Shown: positions 36,484 to 46,474 of the stretch, in pieces
Numbering within the stretch: the first letter of the stretch is position 1
Layout of the letters: each line of letters starts with the position of its first letter
From: Acidimicrobiales bacterium
Lineage (GTDB): Bacteria; Actinomycetota; Acidimicrobiia; Acidimicrobiales; Bog-793
Assembly (NCBI GenBank): GCA_050013835.1
Contig: JBEKEM010000008.1
Span: 32,290-96,289 of the forward strand
Reading direction: 5' to 3'
DNA: 64,000 nucleotides
Notes under the pieces: model-generated
Told to the model about the DNA's origin: nothing
What the model saw: only the letters and a program-made list of their open reading frames with translations
Databases searched by the model: none
Made by a program: the position numbers and the translations under genes

Positions 36484-39165
36484 CTAAGGCGCGGAGACGC
36501 GGCCGCGGGGTAAGGAGCGACCGGGCCGCTGGCCCGGGTGCCGCACGTAGCGCGACGCCCGCCGGCGCATGGCGCGCTCCAGCCGCTCGGCGTGGGTCGG
36601 GGCCGGCCGTGGAACCGGGGGTTGCCGCGGGTGGTAGAAGGGCACCTTCGCCAGCTCGACCATCACCAGGTAGACGACGACCATGGCGAACAGCCAGAGG
36701 AAGAAGGTCGCCGGCAGCGGCTTGAAGCCGAGCAGGTGGGCGAGCCCCGTGAACGGCAGGACGGCGCCGATGAGCGCCGCTCCGGTCGGCACCGTGAGCA
36801 TGGCGATGCTGGGCCGGCTCCGCACAAACGGGATCCTGCGGGTCCGGATCACGTAGATGACGAGCGTCTGGGTGAGGATCGACTCGACGAACCACCCGGA
36901 CCGGAACTCCACGTGGCCAGCGTGCAGGATCCAGAGCATCACCCCGAAGGTGCCGTAGTCGAAGATCGAGCTGACGGGACCGAACACCGACATGAAACGC
37001 CGGATGAACTTCATGTCCCACGCCGCCGGGCGGGTGAGCACCTCCGGATCGACCCGGTCGGTGGGGATCACGAGCTGCCCGGCGTTGTAGAGGAGGTTGT
37101 TGAGCAGGATCTGCGACGGCAGCATCGGCAGGAACGTGAGGAAGATCGAGGCGCCGGCGGCGCTGAACATGTTGCCGAAGTTCGAGGACGTGGCCATGAG
37201 GACGTACTTCATGGTGTTGGCGAAGATGCGGCGGCCCTCCATGACGCCGTCGGCGAGCACGCCGAGGTCCTTGTCGAGCAGCACGACGTCGGCAGCGTCC
37301 TTGGCGACGTCGGTTCCCGAGTCGACCGAGATACCCACGTCGGCGTGGTGCAGCGCGACGGCGTCATTCACCCCGTCGCCCAGGAAGGCCACGTCCTTGC
37401 CGGTCCGGCGCGCCGCCGTAATGATGCGCGACTTCTGGTCCGGCCCGATCCGGGCGAAAATCGTCGTTGTCGCGATCGCCGCCTCGAGCTGGCCGTCGTC
37501 CAACGCGGCTACGTCGGTGCCGCTCAGCACCCCGGTACAGACGAGGCCGATGTCCGTACACACCTTGGCAGCGACGAGGCCATTGTCGCCGGTGATGACC
37601 TTGACCTCGATGCCGAGCCCTTCGAGCAGGGCGATCGAGCTGCCGGCGTCGGCCTTCGGCCGGTCGGCGAAGGTCAGGAACCCCTCGAACACCAGCCCCT
37701 GCTCGTCGGCGGCGGCGGGCGCCTGGGCGGCCGTTGCCGGTCGCGAGGCTACAGCGACCACCCGGGCTCCCTCGTTGAAGAGCGCCTCGAGGGTCCCCTT
37801 GGCGGCCTCGGGGACGTGCACGCACCGGTCGAGCACCACCTCGGGGGCGCCCTTGGTGACGAGCAAGGCCGTGCCGGCAGGATCCTCGGCGACGACCGAG
37901 GCGAGCTGCCGCTCATGGTCGAAGGGCAGCATGCCAACTCTCCTGTAGGTGGCCGCCTCGACGGCGACCGGTCCGTTCGCCGCCGCGCCCGGGGCCGACC
38001 AGAGGGCCTGGTCCAGCGCGTTCCCCCCGACCGGCCCATCGGCGGTGACGGAAGCTTCGTTGCACACGAGACCGAGCAGCAGCGCCCGTCCGCTCTCCGT
38101 CCCGTCGGCGGCGAGCGCCCGCTCGAAGGTGATCCTCCCTTCGGTGAGCGTGCCGGTCTTGTCGGTGAAAAGGATCTCGATGTTGCCGAGGTCCTCGATG
38201 GCGACAAGGCGCTTCACCAGCACCTTCTTCGCCGTCAGCGCCTTGGAGCCGGTCGAGAGGCTCACCGTGACGATGGCCGGCATCATCTCGGGCGCGATGC
38301 CGACGGCGATGGCGAGCGAGAAGAGCAGGGCGTCGATGAGCGGGCGGGCGAGGGCGACGTTGATGATGAAGATGCAGCTCGTCAGCACGGCGGCCACGAT
38401 GAACAAGAAGCGCGAGAAGTGCGCCAGGCCCACCTCGAACGCCGTCTGATTGTGTCGCTCGGAGAGTCCCGCGGCGATCTGGCCGAAGGCGGTGCGGTTG
38501 CCGGTCCGCACGACGACCCCGAGACCCGACCCCTGGTGGACGATCGTCCCCATGAAGGCGCACCCGGGTTGGTCCTGCGGCTCGCGCCCCACGGCCGGCG
38601 CCACGGACTTGGCGACCGGCAGCGACTCGCCGGTCAGCACGCCCTCGTCGCACTCGAGCTCGTCGACCTCAATCAGCCGGAGATCGGCCGGCACGAGCCC
38701 GCCGAGGCGGAGCGTGACGACGTCACCGGGCACGAGGTCGGTCACGGGAACCCGGCTGGTCCTGCCGTCCCGGTGGACCTCGGCCTCCTGGCGGATCTTG
38801 GCGCGCAGCGACGCCATCGCCATCTCCGCCCGGTACTCGTTGAAGAAACCCAGGCCGACGCTGAGCGCCACGATCACGGTGATGATCACCGCGTTCGTGC
38901 CACCGCCGGTCAGCCCCGAGACCAGCGCCGCGCCCAGCAGCAGGAGGAGGATCGGATTGCGAACCTGGCGGATAAGAACGGCGGTGGGCCGCACCTTGTG
39001 CGTGCCGAACGAGTTGTCCCCGTAGCGCGCCAGGCGCTCGGCGACCTCGCCCGCGGTTAGGCCGTCGGGGCGGCTTCCGAGGCTCGCCAGCACCTCGTCG
39101 GGGCTGAGCGCGGCGGCGTCGGCGAGTTCCAGGTCCGCGGCGGGGTCGGGCGCGACCACGGTCAT
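36484..39165 (-). CDS. mgtA: Magnesium-translocating P-type ATPase
   Basis: TGES, APEMMP, DKTGTLT, GDGVND, SSNFGNMFS, FRSGWFVES. Confidence 0.93.
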   Translation of the reverse strand: MTVVAPDPAADLELADAAALSPDEVLASLGSRPDGLTAGEVAERLARYGDNSFGTHKVRPTAVLIRQVRNPILLLLLGAALVSGLTGGGTNAVIITVIVALSVGLGFFNEYRAEMAMASLRAKIRQEAEVHRDGRTSRVPVTDLVPGDVVTLRLGGLVPADLRLIEVDELECDEGVLTGESLPVAKSVAPAVGREPQDQPGCAFMGTIVHQGSGLGVVVRTGNRTAFGQIAAGLSERHNQTAFEVGLAHFSRFLFIVAAVLTSCIFIINVALARPLIDALLFSLAIAVGIAPEMMPAIVTVSLSTGSKALTAKKVLVKRLVAIEDLGNIEILFTDKTGTLTEGRITFERALAADGTESGRALLLGLVCNEASVTADGPVGGNALDQALWSAPGAAANGPVAVEAATYRRVGMLPFDHERQLASVVAEDPAGTALLVTKGAPEVVLDRCVHVPEAAKGTLEALFNEGARVVAVASRPATAAQAPAAADEQGLVFEGFLTFADRPKADAGSSIALLEGLGIEVKVITGDNGLVAAKVCTDIGLVCTGVLSGTDVAALDDGQLEAAIATTTIFARIGPDQKSRIITAARRTGKDVAFLGDGVNDAVALHHADVGISVDSGTDVAKDAADVVLLDKDLGVLADGVMEGRRIFANTMKYVLMATSSNFGNMFSAAGASIFLTFLPMLPSQILLNNLLYNAGQLVIPTDRVDPEVLTRPAAWDMKFIRRFMSVFGPVSSIFDYGTFGVMLWILHAGHVEFRSGWFVESILTQTLVIYVIRTRRIPFVRSRPSIAMLTVPTGAALIGAVLPFTGLAHLLGFKPLPATFFLWLFAMVVVYLVMVELAKVPFYHPRQPPVPRPAPTHAERLERAMRRRASRYVRHPGQRPGRSLPRGRVSAP

Positions 39166-39202
39166 GGCGGCAGTCTTACCGATCGGCCCGGATGTCCGGT
39201 GG

Positions 39203-39922
39203 TTACGGGCGAAGCAGGCGGGTTACCACGGGTTCCTCGACGAAGCCACACGCGGCATCGGGTCGCACGCGCACGGCCCGGGCACCCTCGGATTCGCTGA
39301 GCACCTCGACGAGCTCGCTGCCGACAAAGTGAGCGGTGACGCCGTTGTCGCAGGCGATCCCCGCCGGGAGGACACCGCTCGCGATCACCTCGCAGAACCG
39401 GCTGCGGCGCGGCTCCTCGTCGTAGTGGGGGCAGTAGCTGCCGGAGAGGACACCGAGCCCGTCGGGGAGCGCGGTGAGGGCGGGACCGAACGAGTCCGTC
39501 AGGCCGCCCTCGAACCAGCAGATCGCCCCGGCGCTCGAGCCACCGACAATCACTCCTCGCTCCCACGCACGGCGCAGGACGTCGTCGATGCCGTGCACCC
39601 GCCAGACGGCCAGCATGTTCGCCGTGCTGCCGCCGCCGACGAAGATCGCATCGGAGTCGAACAGCAACGTGGCAGGATCGTCGACGTTCGGCATCGGAAA
39701 CAAACGCAGGTGGGATACCGAGACCGGTGATCCCGCGGCGGCGCGCTCCGCCGCTCCCACGAAGCTCAGATCCGTCTCGTCCGCGGTGGGCACAAGGCAC
39801 AACCTCGGGCGCTGCACACCGGTCAGCTCCAGCATCCTCGCCACCACCGGCGGGATGCCGTCCCGGGACTTCAGCCCGCCGCAAGCGAGGATGTGCCGCT
39901 TCCCGTCGAATGACATCGGCAC
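39203..39922 (-). CDS. Peptidase E (S51) family protein
   Basis: VPTA, FVGGGST.NML..WR.HG, GSSAGA, CPHYD. Confidence 0.88.
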   Translation of the reverse strand: MPMSFDGKRHILACGGLKSRDGIPPVVARMLELTGVQRPRLCLVPTADETDLSFVGAAERAAAGSPVSVSHLRLFPMPNVDDPATLLFDSDAIFVGGGSTANMLAVWRVHGIDDVLRRAWERGVIVGGSSAGAICWFEGGLTDSFGPALTALPDGLGVLSGSYCPHYDEEPRRSRFCEVIASGVLPAGIACDNGVTAHFVGSELVEVLSESEGARAVRVRPDAACGFVEEPVVTRLLRP

Positions 39923-40105
39923 GAAAGCTACCCGCCGCGCTCGCCGGTCGGATCACCAAAGGGACCGCATCGCGCTGACGACTCGATCCGACACCTCGAT
40001 CGGCTGAAACGCGAAACCGGACAACTTGTCCGCAGTCCACGGCCGCGAAGCCACGATCCACTCGATACGGTTGCGCTGGCGGGTCGACCGCTCGAGGGAG
40101 GGGTC

Positions 40106-40348
40106 ATGATCGTCTTCGGGTTCCGCCGGCGCAGCAAGCGGCTGGGGGTCATCGCCGCCCCGTGCGGGAACTGCGCCTCGGGACAGCTCGTTCTGCAAAA
40201 GGTCACGCGGTGGTTCACGCTCTTTTTCATCCCCGTGGTCCCGGTGCACTTCCGCCACGTCACGGTCTGCCCGAACTGCAAAGCCCTGCGGGACGTACCG
40301 CGGGGCCAGCTGGAGCACATGAAGAGCCTCCTGCCGGTCATCAACTGA
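40106..40348 (+). CDS. Zinc-ribbon domain protein
   Basis: CGNC...WFTLFFIPV.P....VCPNC; GGAGGG RBS. Confidence 0.85.
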   Translation: MIVFGFRRRSKRLGVIAAPCGNCASGQLVLQKVTRWFTLFFIPVVPVHFRHVTVCPNCKALRDVPRGQLEHMKSLLPVIN

Positions 40349-40816
40349 GCGGGCCCGGGAGGTTCTCGCCGGGCGGGACGCGACGTGTCAGTTCAGGGCT
40401 CTACACGCCGCGACCTACCGGTCGCGGCGGAGCCACGGCGGTAGGGACTCTCGAACCTCCGCCACACAGCACGCGACGGTCGGGTCGCGTACGGGGTCGA
40501 CAAGCCGGGATTTCCCCGGGCCCCGACCCATCCGCTGGCGCCGGCGTGCGGACCGGCGGTGGCCAGCGGGACGCCACAGCCCCCGCCACGACCGTCGGGG
40601 CAGTCCTCGGTTAGCCCGCTCCCCGCCCTGCACATCCCGGTAAGCCGGTCCCGGGGCATCCCGGTGGTGGACACGGGCGGCTGAAAGCGCTGGCGACCTC
40701 GTCGCCGAGGAGGTGCGTCGTGATCCGGGGGAAGCCTTCGGACGGGCTCCGCACCATGACCGCCCTCGTCCTGCGTCGCGGACTGCTCCCTGTCGCGGAA
40801 CCACTCCCGGCGTGTC

Positions 40817-41287
40817 TCAGCCCGCTGCGGCGGCCTCCAGCGCGGCAATGTCGATCTTCACCATCTGGAGCATCGCCTGGGTGACCCGTTTGGCTCGTTC
40901 GGGGTCAGGACCGCCCATCAGCTCGGCGAGCCGGTCCGGCACGACCTGCCAGGTCACCCCGAAGCGGTCGGTGAGCCACCCGCACTGCATCGGCTCTCCC
41001 CCTTCGAGCAGCCGATCCCAATAGTGGTCGATCTCCTCCTGGGTCCCGCAGCGGATGACGAAGGAGATGGCGGGGGTCAACTGGAAGTTCGGCCCGCCGT
41101 TGAGCGCCAGGAATTGCGTCCCGTCGAGCTCGAAGTACACGGCCATCGTCGTGCCCTCTTCGCCCGGCATGTCGGGACCGAAGTCGCCCGCCCCGAGACG
41201 TCGCGAATTCGGGAAGATCCCAAGGTAGTGGTCGACGGCAGCGTCAGCGTTGCCGTCGAACCAAAGACACGGCATGAGTGGATTCAT
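40817..41287 (-). CDS. VOC/PhnB family (3-demethylubiquinone methyltransferase-like) protein
   Basis: PCLWFDG.A, LNGGP, QEEID.YW..L, CGWLTDRFGVTWQVVP. Confidence 0.92.
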   Translation of the reverse strand: MNPLMPCLWFDGNADAAVDHYLGIFPNSRRLGAGDFGPDMPGEEGTTMAVYFELDGTQFLALNGGPNFQLTPAISFVIRCGTQEEIDHYWDRLLEGGEPMQCGWLTDRFGVTWQVVPDRLAELMGGPDPERAKRVTQAMLQMVKIDIAALEAAAAG

Positions 41288-41312
41288 CCTGCGAGACTAC
41301 GGAAGCTGCAGT

Positions 41313-41462
41313 GGGACCATGACGCCCCGATGTGGGCCAAGGAAACGGACCCGGCCCACACGGCTCCTACGGGGGCGCGGCGACGGCACCCTGGTGGTCC
41401 CGTGGAGCGGTGCGGACCCAGTGATCGTGCTCTCCATGACGACCTGACAACAGGGCTCCGCA
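41313..41462 (+). ncRNA. Candidate structured non-coding RNA (possibly Ms1-like); strand inferred
   Basis: Nested stems GGGACCA/TGGTCCC, CGCCCC/GGGGCG and TGTGGGCC/GGCCCACA, then TGCGGACCC/GGGCTCCGCA; intergenic. Confidence 0.45.
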
Positions 41463-41755
41463 GTGCCGAGTGTGAGGAAAAGGCCGACTTCGCGGCCCCG
41501 GCCGTCGTCACCAGTGTGCCCGCGGGCCCATCGGGGGCCGAATCTCGGCGGGTGGCCGCACGGCCCGGCGCGGCGCCCACCGGGGATCGTCTCCACCCTG
41601 GACGCCTCCCCTGACCCTTCACGGACGCCGGCCGGACGCGGCGAATCTCACCGTCGGCCGCTCGCTACAAACGGCCGAGGTGGGCACGCACGCCGGGACG
41701 TCACCCCGACGATCTGCGAGCATGTGTGATGCAATCGGCCGCGGACGGGAGGAAT

Positions 41756-42964
41756 ATGGGCACTTTCCAGCAACCAGATCGGCACCGGCGGCGGGTGCAA
41801 CCGAGACGGATGGCTCGGCCCATCTCGACGGCCCTTCTCGCCGTGGGAGTGCCGCTCGCCTTGCTCGCCCCGTCCAGCCACGCCGCGTCGCTGGCGGGCT
41901 CGGTCACGACGACGACCTCGCCCTCCCACCACGTGCCCCCGGGCAAGCCCTCGGACCTCAGGCAACTGAAACTCGTCGACACCATCGGCGGGGATATCTC
42001 ACCGAAGTCGGTGGACGCTTCGGACACCGGCCTCGTTTTCGCCCAAAACATGATGTATCGGCACACGGTCACCGTGTACTCGAGCTGGGGGCGCCTCCTG
42101 CGCACGATCCCCGACACCGTCGACATGGCGCAGTTCGGCTATCCGGGACACCCCGGCGTGACCCACGGGGCCCCGGTCGAGGCCGCGTTCTCGCCGGACG
42201 CGCGCTACGTCTACGTCTCCAACTACTCCATGTACGGCGCCGGCTTCGGGCCGGAGGGCAGCGACACGTGCACGCCGGTATCGGCCGCGGCCGCCGGTGA
42301 CACGAACAGCTACGCCTACCGGATCGACACCCGCACCCTCAGAATCGACCAGGTGATCGAGGTCGGCCTCGTGCCGAAGTTCCTCGCGGTGACGCCCGAC
42401 GACCGCTACCTGCTCGTCTCCAACTGGTGCTCGTTCAACCTCAGCATCGTGGACATCGCGACCCACCGGCAGGTCCGCCTGCTCCCGATGGGCGCCTACC
42501 CGAGGGGCATCGCGATCTCGCCCGACTCCTCGACGGCGTACGTCGCGATCATGGGGAGCGACGACGTCGTCAAGGTGAACCTGAGGACTCTCTCGGTCGA
42601 GGGCTCGTTCTACGTCGGGGAGACCCCGCGGAGCGCGGTGATGAGCCCCGCCGGGCGTTACCTCTTCGTATCGTTGAACCTGCCGGGCGACGTCGTGAAG
42701 GTCGACCTCCGCACGGACCGCGTCGTCGCCGAGGTGCACACGGGGGCGGACTGCCGGTCCCTAGCCATCGCGACCGACGGGCTGACGCTCTACGTCGTGA
42801 ACTACCTCTCCGACACGATGACGATGCTGCGCGCGTCCGATCTCGCCGTCCTCGAGACGGCGCCGACCGGCGTGAACCCGGTCGGCATCACCTATGACGC
42901 CATGACCGGCGACGTCTGGGTCGCCGTCTACACGGGTGAGATCCTCGTCTACGCCACCCGCTGA
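41756..42964 (+). CDS. Secreted YncE/YVTN-type beta-propeller protein
   Basis: Repeats of (V/M)G..P..(I/L)A(V/I)(S/T)PD...YV; signal peptide. Start at 41756 or 41810. Confidence 0.85.
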   Translation: MGTFQQPDRHRRRVQPRRMARPISTALLAVGVPLALLAPSSHAASLAGSVTTTTSPSHHVPPGKPSDLRQLKLVDTIGGDISPKSVDASDTGLVFAQNMMYRHTVTVYSSWGRLLRTIPDTVDMAQFGYPGHPGVTHGAPVEAAFSPDARYVYVSNYSMYGAGFGPEGSDTCTPVSAAAAGDTNSYAYRIDTRTLRIDQVIEVGLVPKFLAVTPDDRYLLVSNWCSFNLSIVDIATHRQVRLLPMGAYPRGIAISPDSSTAYVAIMGSDDVVKVNLRTLSVEGSFYVGETPRSAVMSPAGRYLFVSLNLPGDVVKVDLRTDRVVAEVHTGADCRSLAIATDGLTLYVVNYLSDTMTMLRASDLAVLETAPTGVNPVGITYDAMTGDVWVAVYTGEILVYATR

Positions 42965-43079
42965 GGGCGCGGGCTCTGGGGCGCCGCTCGCGCTGATGCC
43001 GGGCTCCCCGAGGGGCGCGTCCGCGGAACCCGGGATCGTCCGCCGGACACCCGGCAGGCACCCGGATAGGGTCAGGGCG

Positions 43080-44174
43080 GTGAACGCCGCCCTGGTCCCG
43101 ACGGATCGACCGACAAGAGTCGGGATCGTGGGCCTCGGTCGCATCTACGACCTCAACATCACCGCCTACCGCGGCTTCCCCGAGGTGGAGGTGGTCGCCC
43201 TGTGCGACCGGGACGAAGCGAAGGTCGCCGCCCGCGGGGCCGAGTTCCCGGAGGCGGGCCGCTATACGGATCTCGCGGAGTTCCTCGCCCACGACATGGA
43301 CGTCGTGGAGCTGCTGGTCCCCTCGCCCCTCCATCGCGAGATCACCTGCGCCGCCCTCGGGGCCGGCTTCCATGTGAACCTGCAAAAGCCCATGGCCGCG
43401 AATCTCGCCGAGGCCGACGAGATGATCCGGGCCGCGGCGGACGCCGGTCGCGTGCTGCGGGTGATGGAGAACTACATCTTCTACGAGCCGCTGCGCGTGC
43501 TGCGCCGCATCGTGGAGTCCGGCGAGATCGGGGAACCGACGGGGTTCCACATGAAGATGGTCGCCACCGGCAAGGGCGGCTGGGACGTGCCGTTCGAGAC
43601 GTGGCTGTGGCAGTTCGAGCAGGCTAAGGACGTCGGCGGGATCCTCGTCTACGACGACGGCTGGCACAAGTTCTCTGTCGCCCTCTGGCTCTTCGGCCCC
43701 GTGCGCGACGTCATGGCCTGGATCGGCGAGACCGAGATCGGCCCGGGATTCGTGATCGACGCGCCGACGACGGTGATGTGGAACCACGAGAGCGGCCTGC
43801 GGGGCGTCTGGGACGTCACCTACGGGGTCGACATGCTCACCCCCTCGAAGTACTACACGAGCGACGAGCGCTTCGAGGTCCAGGGGATCAAGGGCTTCGC
43901 CCGCGTCAACCACTGCACGGCCCGGGTCCGCCAGGAGCCCTCGGTCGAGGTCTACGCCGACGGCGAGTGCCGCTCCTACCACGCCCTCGACGACGACTGG
44001 GGGTCATCGTTCCGCGACTCCAGCCGTCAGTACATCCGCTGGTTGCGCGGTGATCCCCAGGGCGAGCTCCTCTGGTCGGCCGACGGGGCCCGTGCGGTCA
44101 TGCAGTTCCTGGCCGCCGCCCGCGAGTCCTCACGCCTCAACAGGCCGGTTCTCGTCAAGGACGTGCAGTCCTGA
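43080..44174 (+). CDS. Gfo/Idh/MocA family oxidoreductase
   Basis: VGIVGLGRI, HVNLQKPMA, GGILVYDDGWH. Confidence 0.88.
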   Translation: MNAALVPTDRPTRVGIVGLGRIYDLNITAYRGFPEVEVVALCDRDEAKVAARGAEFPEAGRYTDLAEFLAHDMDVVELLVPSPLHREITCAALGAGFHVNLQKPMAANLAEADEMIRAAADAGRVLRVMENYIFYEPLRVLRRIVESGEIGEPTGFHMKMVATGKGGWDVPFETWLWQFEQAKDVGGILVYDDGWHKFSVALWLFGPVRDVMAWIGETEIGPGFVIDAPTTVMWNHESGLRGVWDVTYGVDMLTPSKYYTSDERFEVQGIKGFARVNHCTARVRQEPSVEVYADGECRSYHALDDDWGSSFRDSSRQYIRWLRGDPQGELLWSADGARAVMQFLAAARESSRLNRPVLVKDVQS

Positions 44175-44551
44175 CGCCGGACGGCGCCGGGAAGGGGCAA
44201 CCGGCGGCCCCGCAGTAGGACGCTTCGTTCCGAGGCTGTCCGACGACGTGGTCGTCGTCCTCGACGAGCACAACTGCCACCGGACGAGGGCCATCGGGCT
44301 GAAAAAGGCAACCCGGGGCGAAGTGCACCCCGGGCCCGCGTCGCCGCTGCTCCACGGCCGGGAGATGTGCCGACCGGCGGGTCGGGCTGGACCCGCGACC
44401 TCTCGCCCCGGCGACCGCGGCGGCGACAGGATCTCACCTCCGGAGGGGATTCCGCCCGCCTCTCCGGGGCCTCCTCCGAAGAGAACCGGCGCAGGTTCGT
44501 CCGGTGCCTCCGGTCGGCCGCCGGAAGGCACGGCACCCGTCGACGAGCGCC

Positions 44552-46474
44552 TCAGCGCGTCGGCGGACGGACGGCCACGCGGGCGGCCGTGTCGAACCAG
44601 CAGTAGACACCGCCTTCGACCTTCGGCGGGCCGAGGGCCCGTTCGAAGAGCGCGCGCACGACGGAGGACCTGCCCCCGATCGGGTCGAGCACGACTGTGT
44701 CGATGCCGTAACGGCGGATGTACAGGCGCAGCTCGGCGACGAGGCGCCTGTCGAGCCGCGGAGGTCTCCGCGCCCGCAGGCCCCTCCCGTCGACGGCCTC
44801 CCATTCGAGGAACGTCTGCACCGCCGCCGGCGCGAGCACCGGCGGCTTGGGGGTGACCAGCCCGTGACGGTTCGGGATGAGCGCGTAGCCCCCGATCAGT
44901 CTCCAGCGGAAGTGGTCGGTCTCCTGCCAGAGCATGGCCTGATCCTCGGGCGTCACCGCGAGCGGATACGCCAGCACGACGCTCCCCTCGGGGATCTTGT
45001 CGGCCGCGGCGGAGGTGAAGAACGCCGGCAGGGAGGCGCTCACCGGCTTCGTCGGCGTCGGCCAGTCCGGCACGAGGGAGACGAGCGCGGCGACCGCCAG
45101 CACGACGACGAGCAGCTGGCCGGCAGTCCGTCTCCCGGTGGCGGGCTTCCGGTGCGCCGGGGACATCGGCTGGGCGTCGGCCGCCACGGCGAAGGCGGCC
45201 CCCTCGCGGGAGGCGCAGGCCACGCCGAGTGCGACCACCACGGCGACGAAGAACTGTTCGTAGAGCGAGAACCGCGACGGCAAGACGTCCTCGAACACGG
45301 GCAGGCGCCCCAGGGCGGCGAACGGGAGCGGCAGCGCCGTCAGGTGGTGGGCGACCATGAGCGCGGGGCCGAGCGAGAGCACGAAGGCGACTGCGGCAAG
45401 GCCCCCGGCGAGAAGGATCCGGCGGTCCCGCCGGTAGTGGACGACGAGCCAGCAGGCGAGGATCACCAGGGCGGCACCCAGGTAGCTGCCATTCTCGACG
45501 AAGCTGTGGGTGAACTTGTCACCGAGCGCGACGAGCGAGCCGGGAGCGAAGCGCTGCACCTTCGTCGGGACGAGCGGGCCGAGCAGGTCGATCCGGTACG
45601 GGTTGTCGATCCCCTGCACCGGGCCGATGAAGCGGAGTGGACCGGCGAGGAAGAGGTAGACGGGGTAGGCGAGCACGACAGCGGGGATCGCCACTCCGGC
45701 TGCGAGCGCCCGCCACGCGTGGCCCAATCGGCGGCGATCGATCGCGCCGCGTCGGGCCACGGCCAGGATCAGGACCGCGCAGAAGGCGACGATCAGCGTC
45801 GTCACGAGGACCTCGGGCGAGATGAGGTACTGGGCGGCGACGAGGCCCCCGAGGGCGGCTCCCCACCGCCACGGGTTGCCGCGCTGGTGGACCAGGACCT
45901 CACCCAAGGCGTAGAAGATCAGGGGCGGCAGCGGCACGAAGACCAGGTTCAGGTGGGCGAACCCCTCCGCGACCATGTACGCGGAGAAGCCGTAGAGCAA
46001 TCCGGCACACGCCGCGCCGAGGTTCGAACCGGTCCACCGCCGGGTGACGAAGAAGGCCGCCGCAGCCGAGAGCGGGAAGGCGAGCCAGATGAGGAATTCG
46101 AAGCTCGCGACCGAGCCCACCGTGAGGCTGAGCGGCGCGGCGAGCAGCCCGAGCAGGGGCATCTCGGTGTTGATGCCGAGGTTCGCGCCCCGCGGGTAGT
46201 CGATCCAGCTCGTGAGCAGCGGGTTGTGACCGTGCAGGATCGCCCACGGGACCCAGCCGAGGAACCACGACTGCTGGACCGGGTCGCCGCACGCGCAGTG
46301 GGCGCCGACCAGGCGGGCCGGATCTCCGGGCCACGCCGGGAAGTAGGCGATGAGGCCGAGCACGGCGTAGCCGAGGACGGCGGCGAGCGCGAACCGGCGC
46401 CACGGGACGCGATCGATCCGGGCGAGCACGCGCCGGAGGTCGACCGGCGGTGTGGCACGCCCCGCCGAACTCAC
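44552..46474 (-). CDS. Multi-pass membrane protein, probable GT-C glycosyltransferase-like
   Basis: GDP.Q..WFL.W...AI.HG.NP, YP.G.NL, GLLYGFSAY, P.RF motifs; many TM helices. Confidence 0.7.
   Translation of the reverse strand: MSSAGRATPPVDLRRVLARIDRVPWRRFALAAVLGYAVLGLIAYFPAWPGDPARLVGAHCACGDPVQQSWFLGWVPWAILHGHNPLLTSWIDYPRGANLGINTEMPLLGLLAAPLSLTVGSVASFEFLIWLAFPLSAAAAFFVTRRWTGSNLGAACAGLLYGFSAYMVAEGFAHLNLVFVPLPPLIFYALGEVLVHQRGNPWRWGAALGGLVAAQYLISPEVLVTTLIVAFCAVLILAVARRGAIDRRRLGHAWRALAAGVAIPAVVLAYPVYLFLAGPLRFIGPVQGIDNPYRIDLLGPLVPTKVQRFAPGSLVALGDKFTHSFVENGSYLGAALVILACWLVVHYRRDRRILLAGGLAAVAFVLSLGPALMVAHHLTALPLPFAALGRLPVFEDVLPSRFSLYEQFFVAVVVALGVACASREGAAFAVAADAQPMSPAHRKPATGRRTAGQLLVVVLAVAALVSLVPDWPTPTKPVSASLPAFFTSAAADKIPEGSVVLAYPLAVTPEDQAMLWQETDHFRWRLIGGYALIPNRHGLVTPKPPVLAPAAVQTFLEWEAVDGRGLRARRPPRLDRRLVAELRLYIRRYGIDTVVLDPIGGRSSVVRALFERALGPPKVEGGVYCWFDTAARVAVRPPTR

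Noticed and set aside
40350-40815. Possible c-di-AMP riboswitch or other RNA in a long intergenic gap
   Set aside because: Only isolated words (GCTGAA, GCTAAC) match, in inconsistent order and strand; it lies between convergent genes
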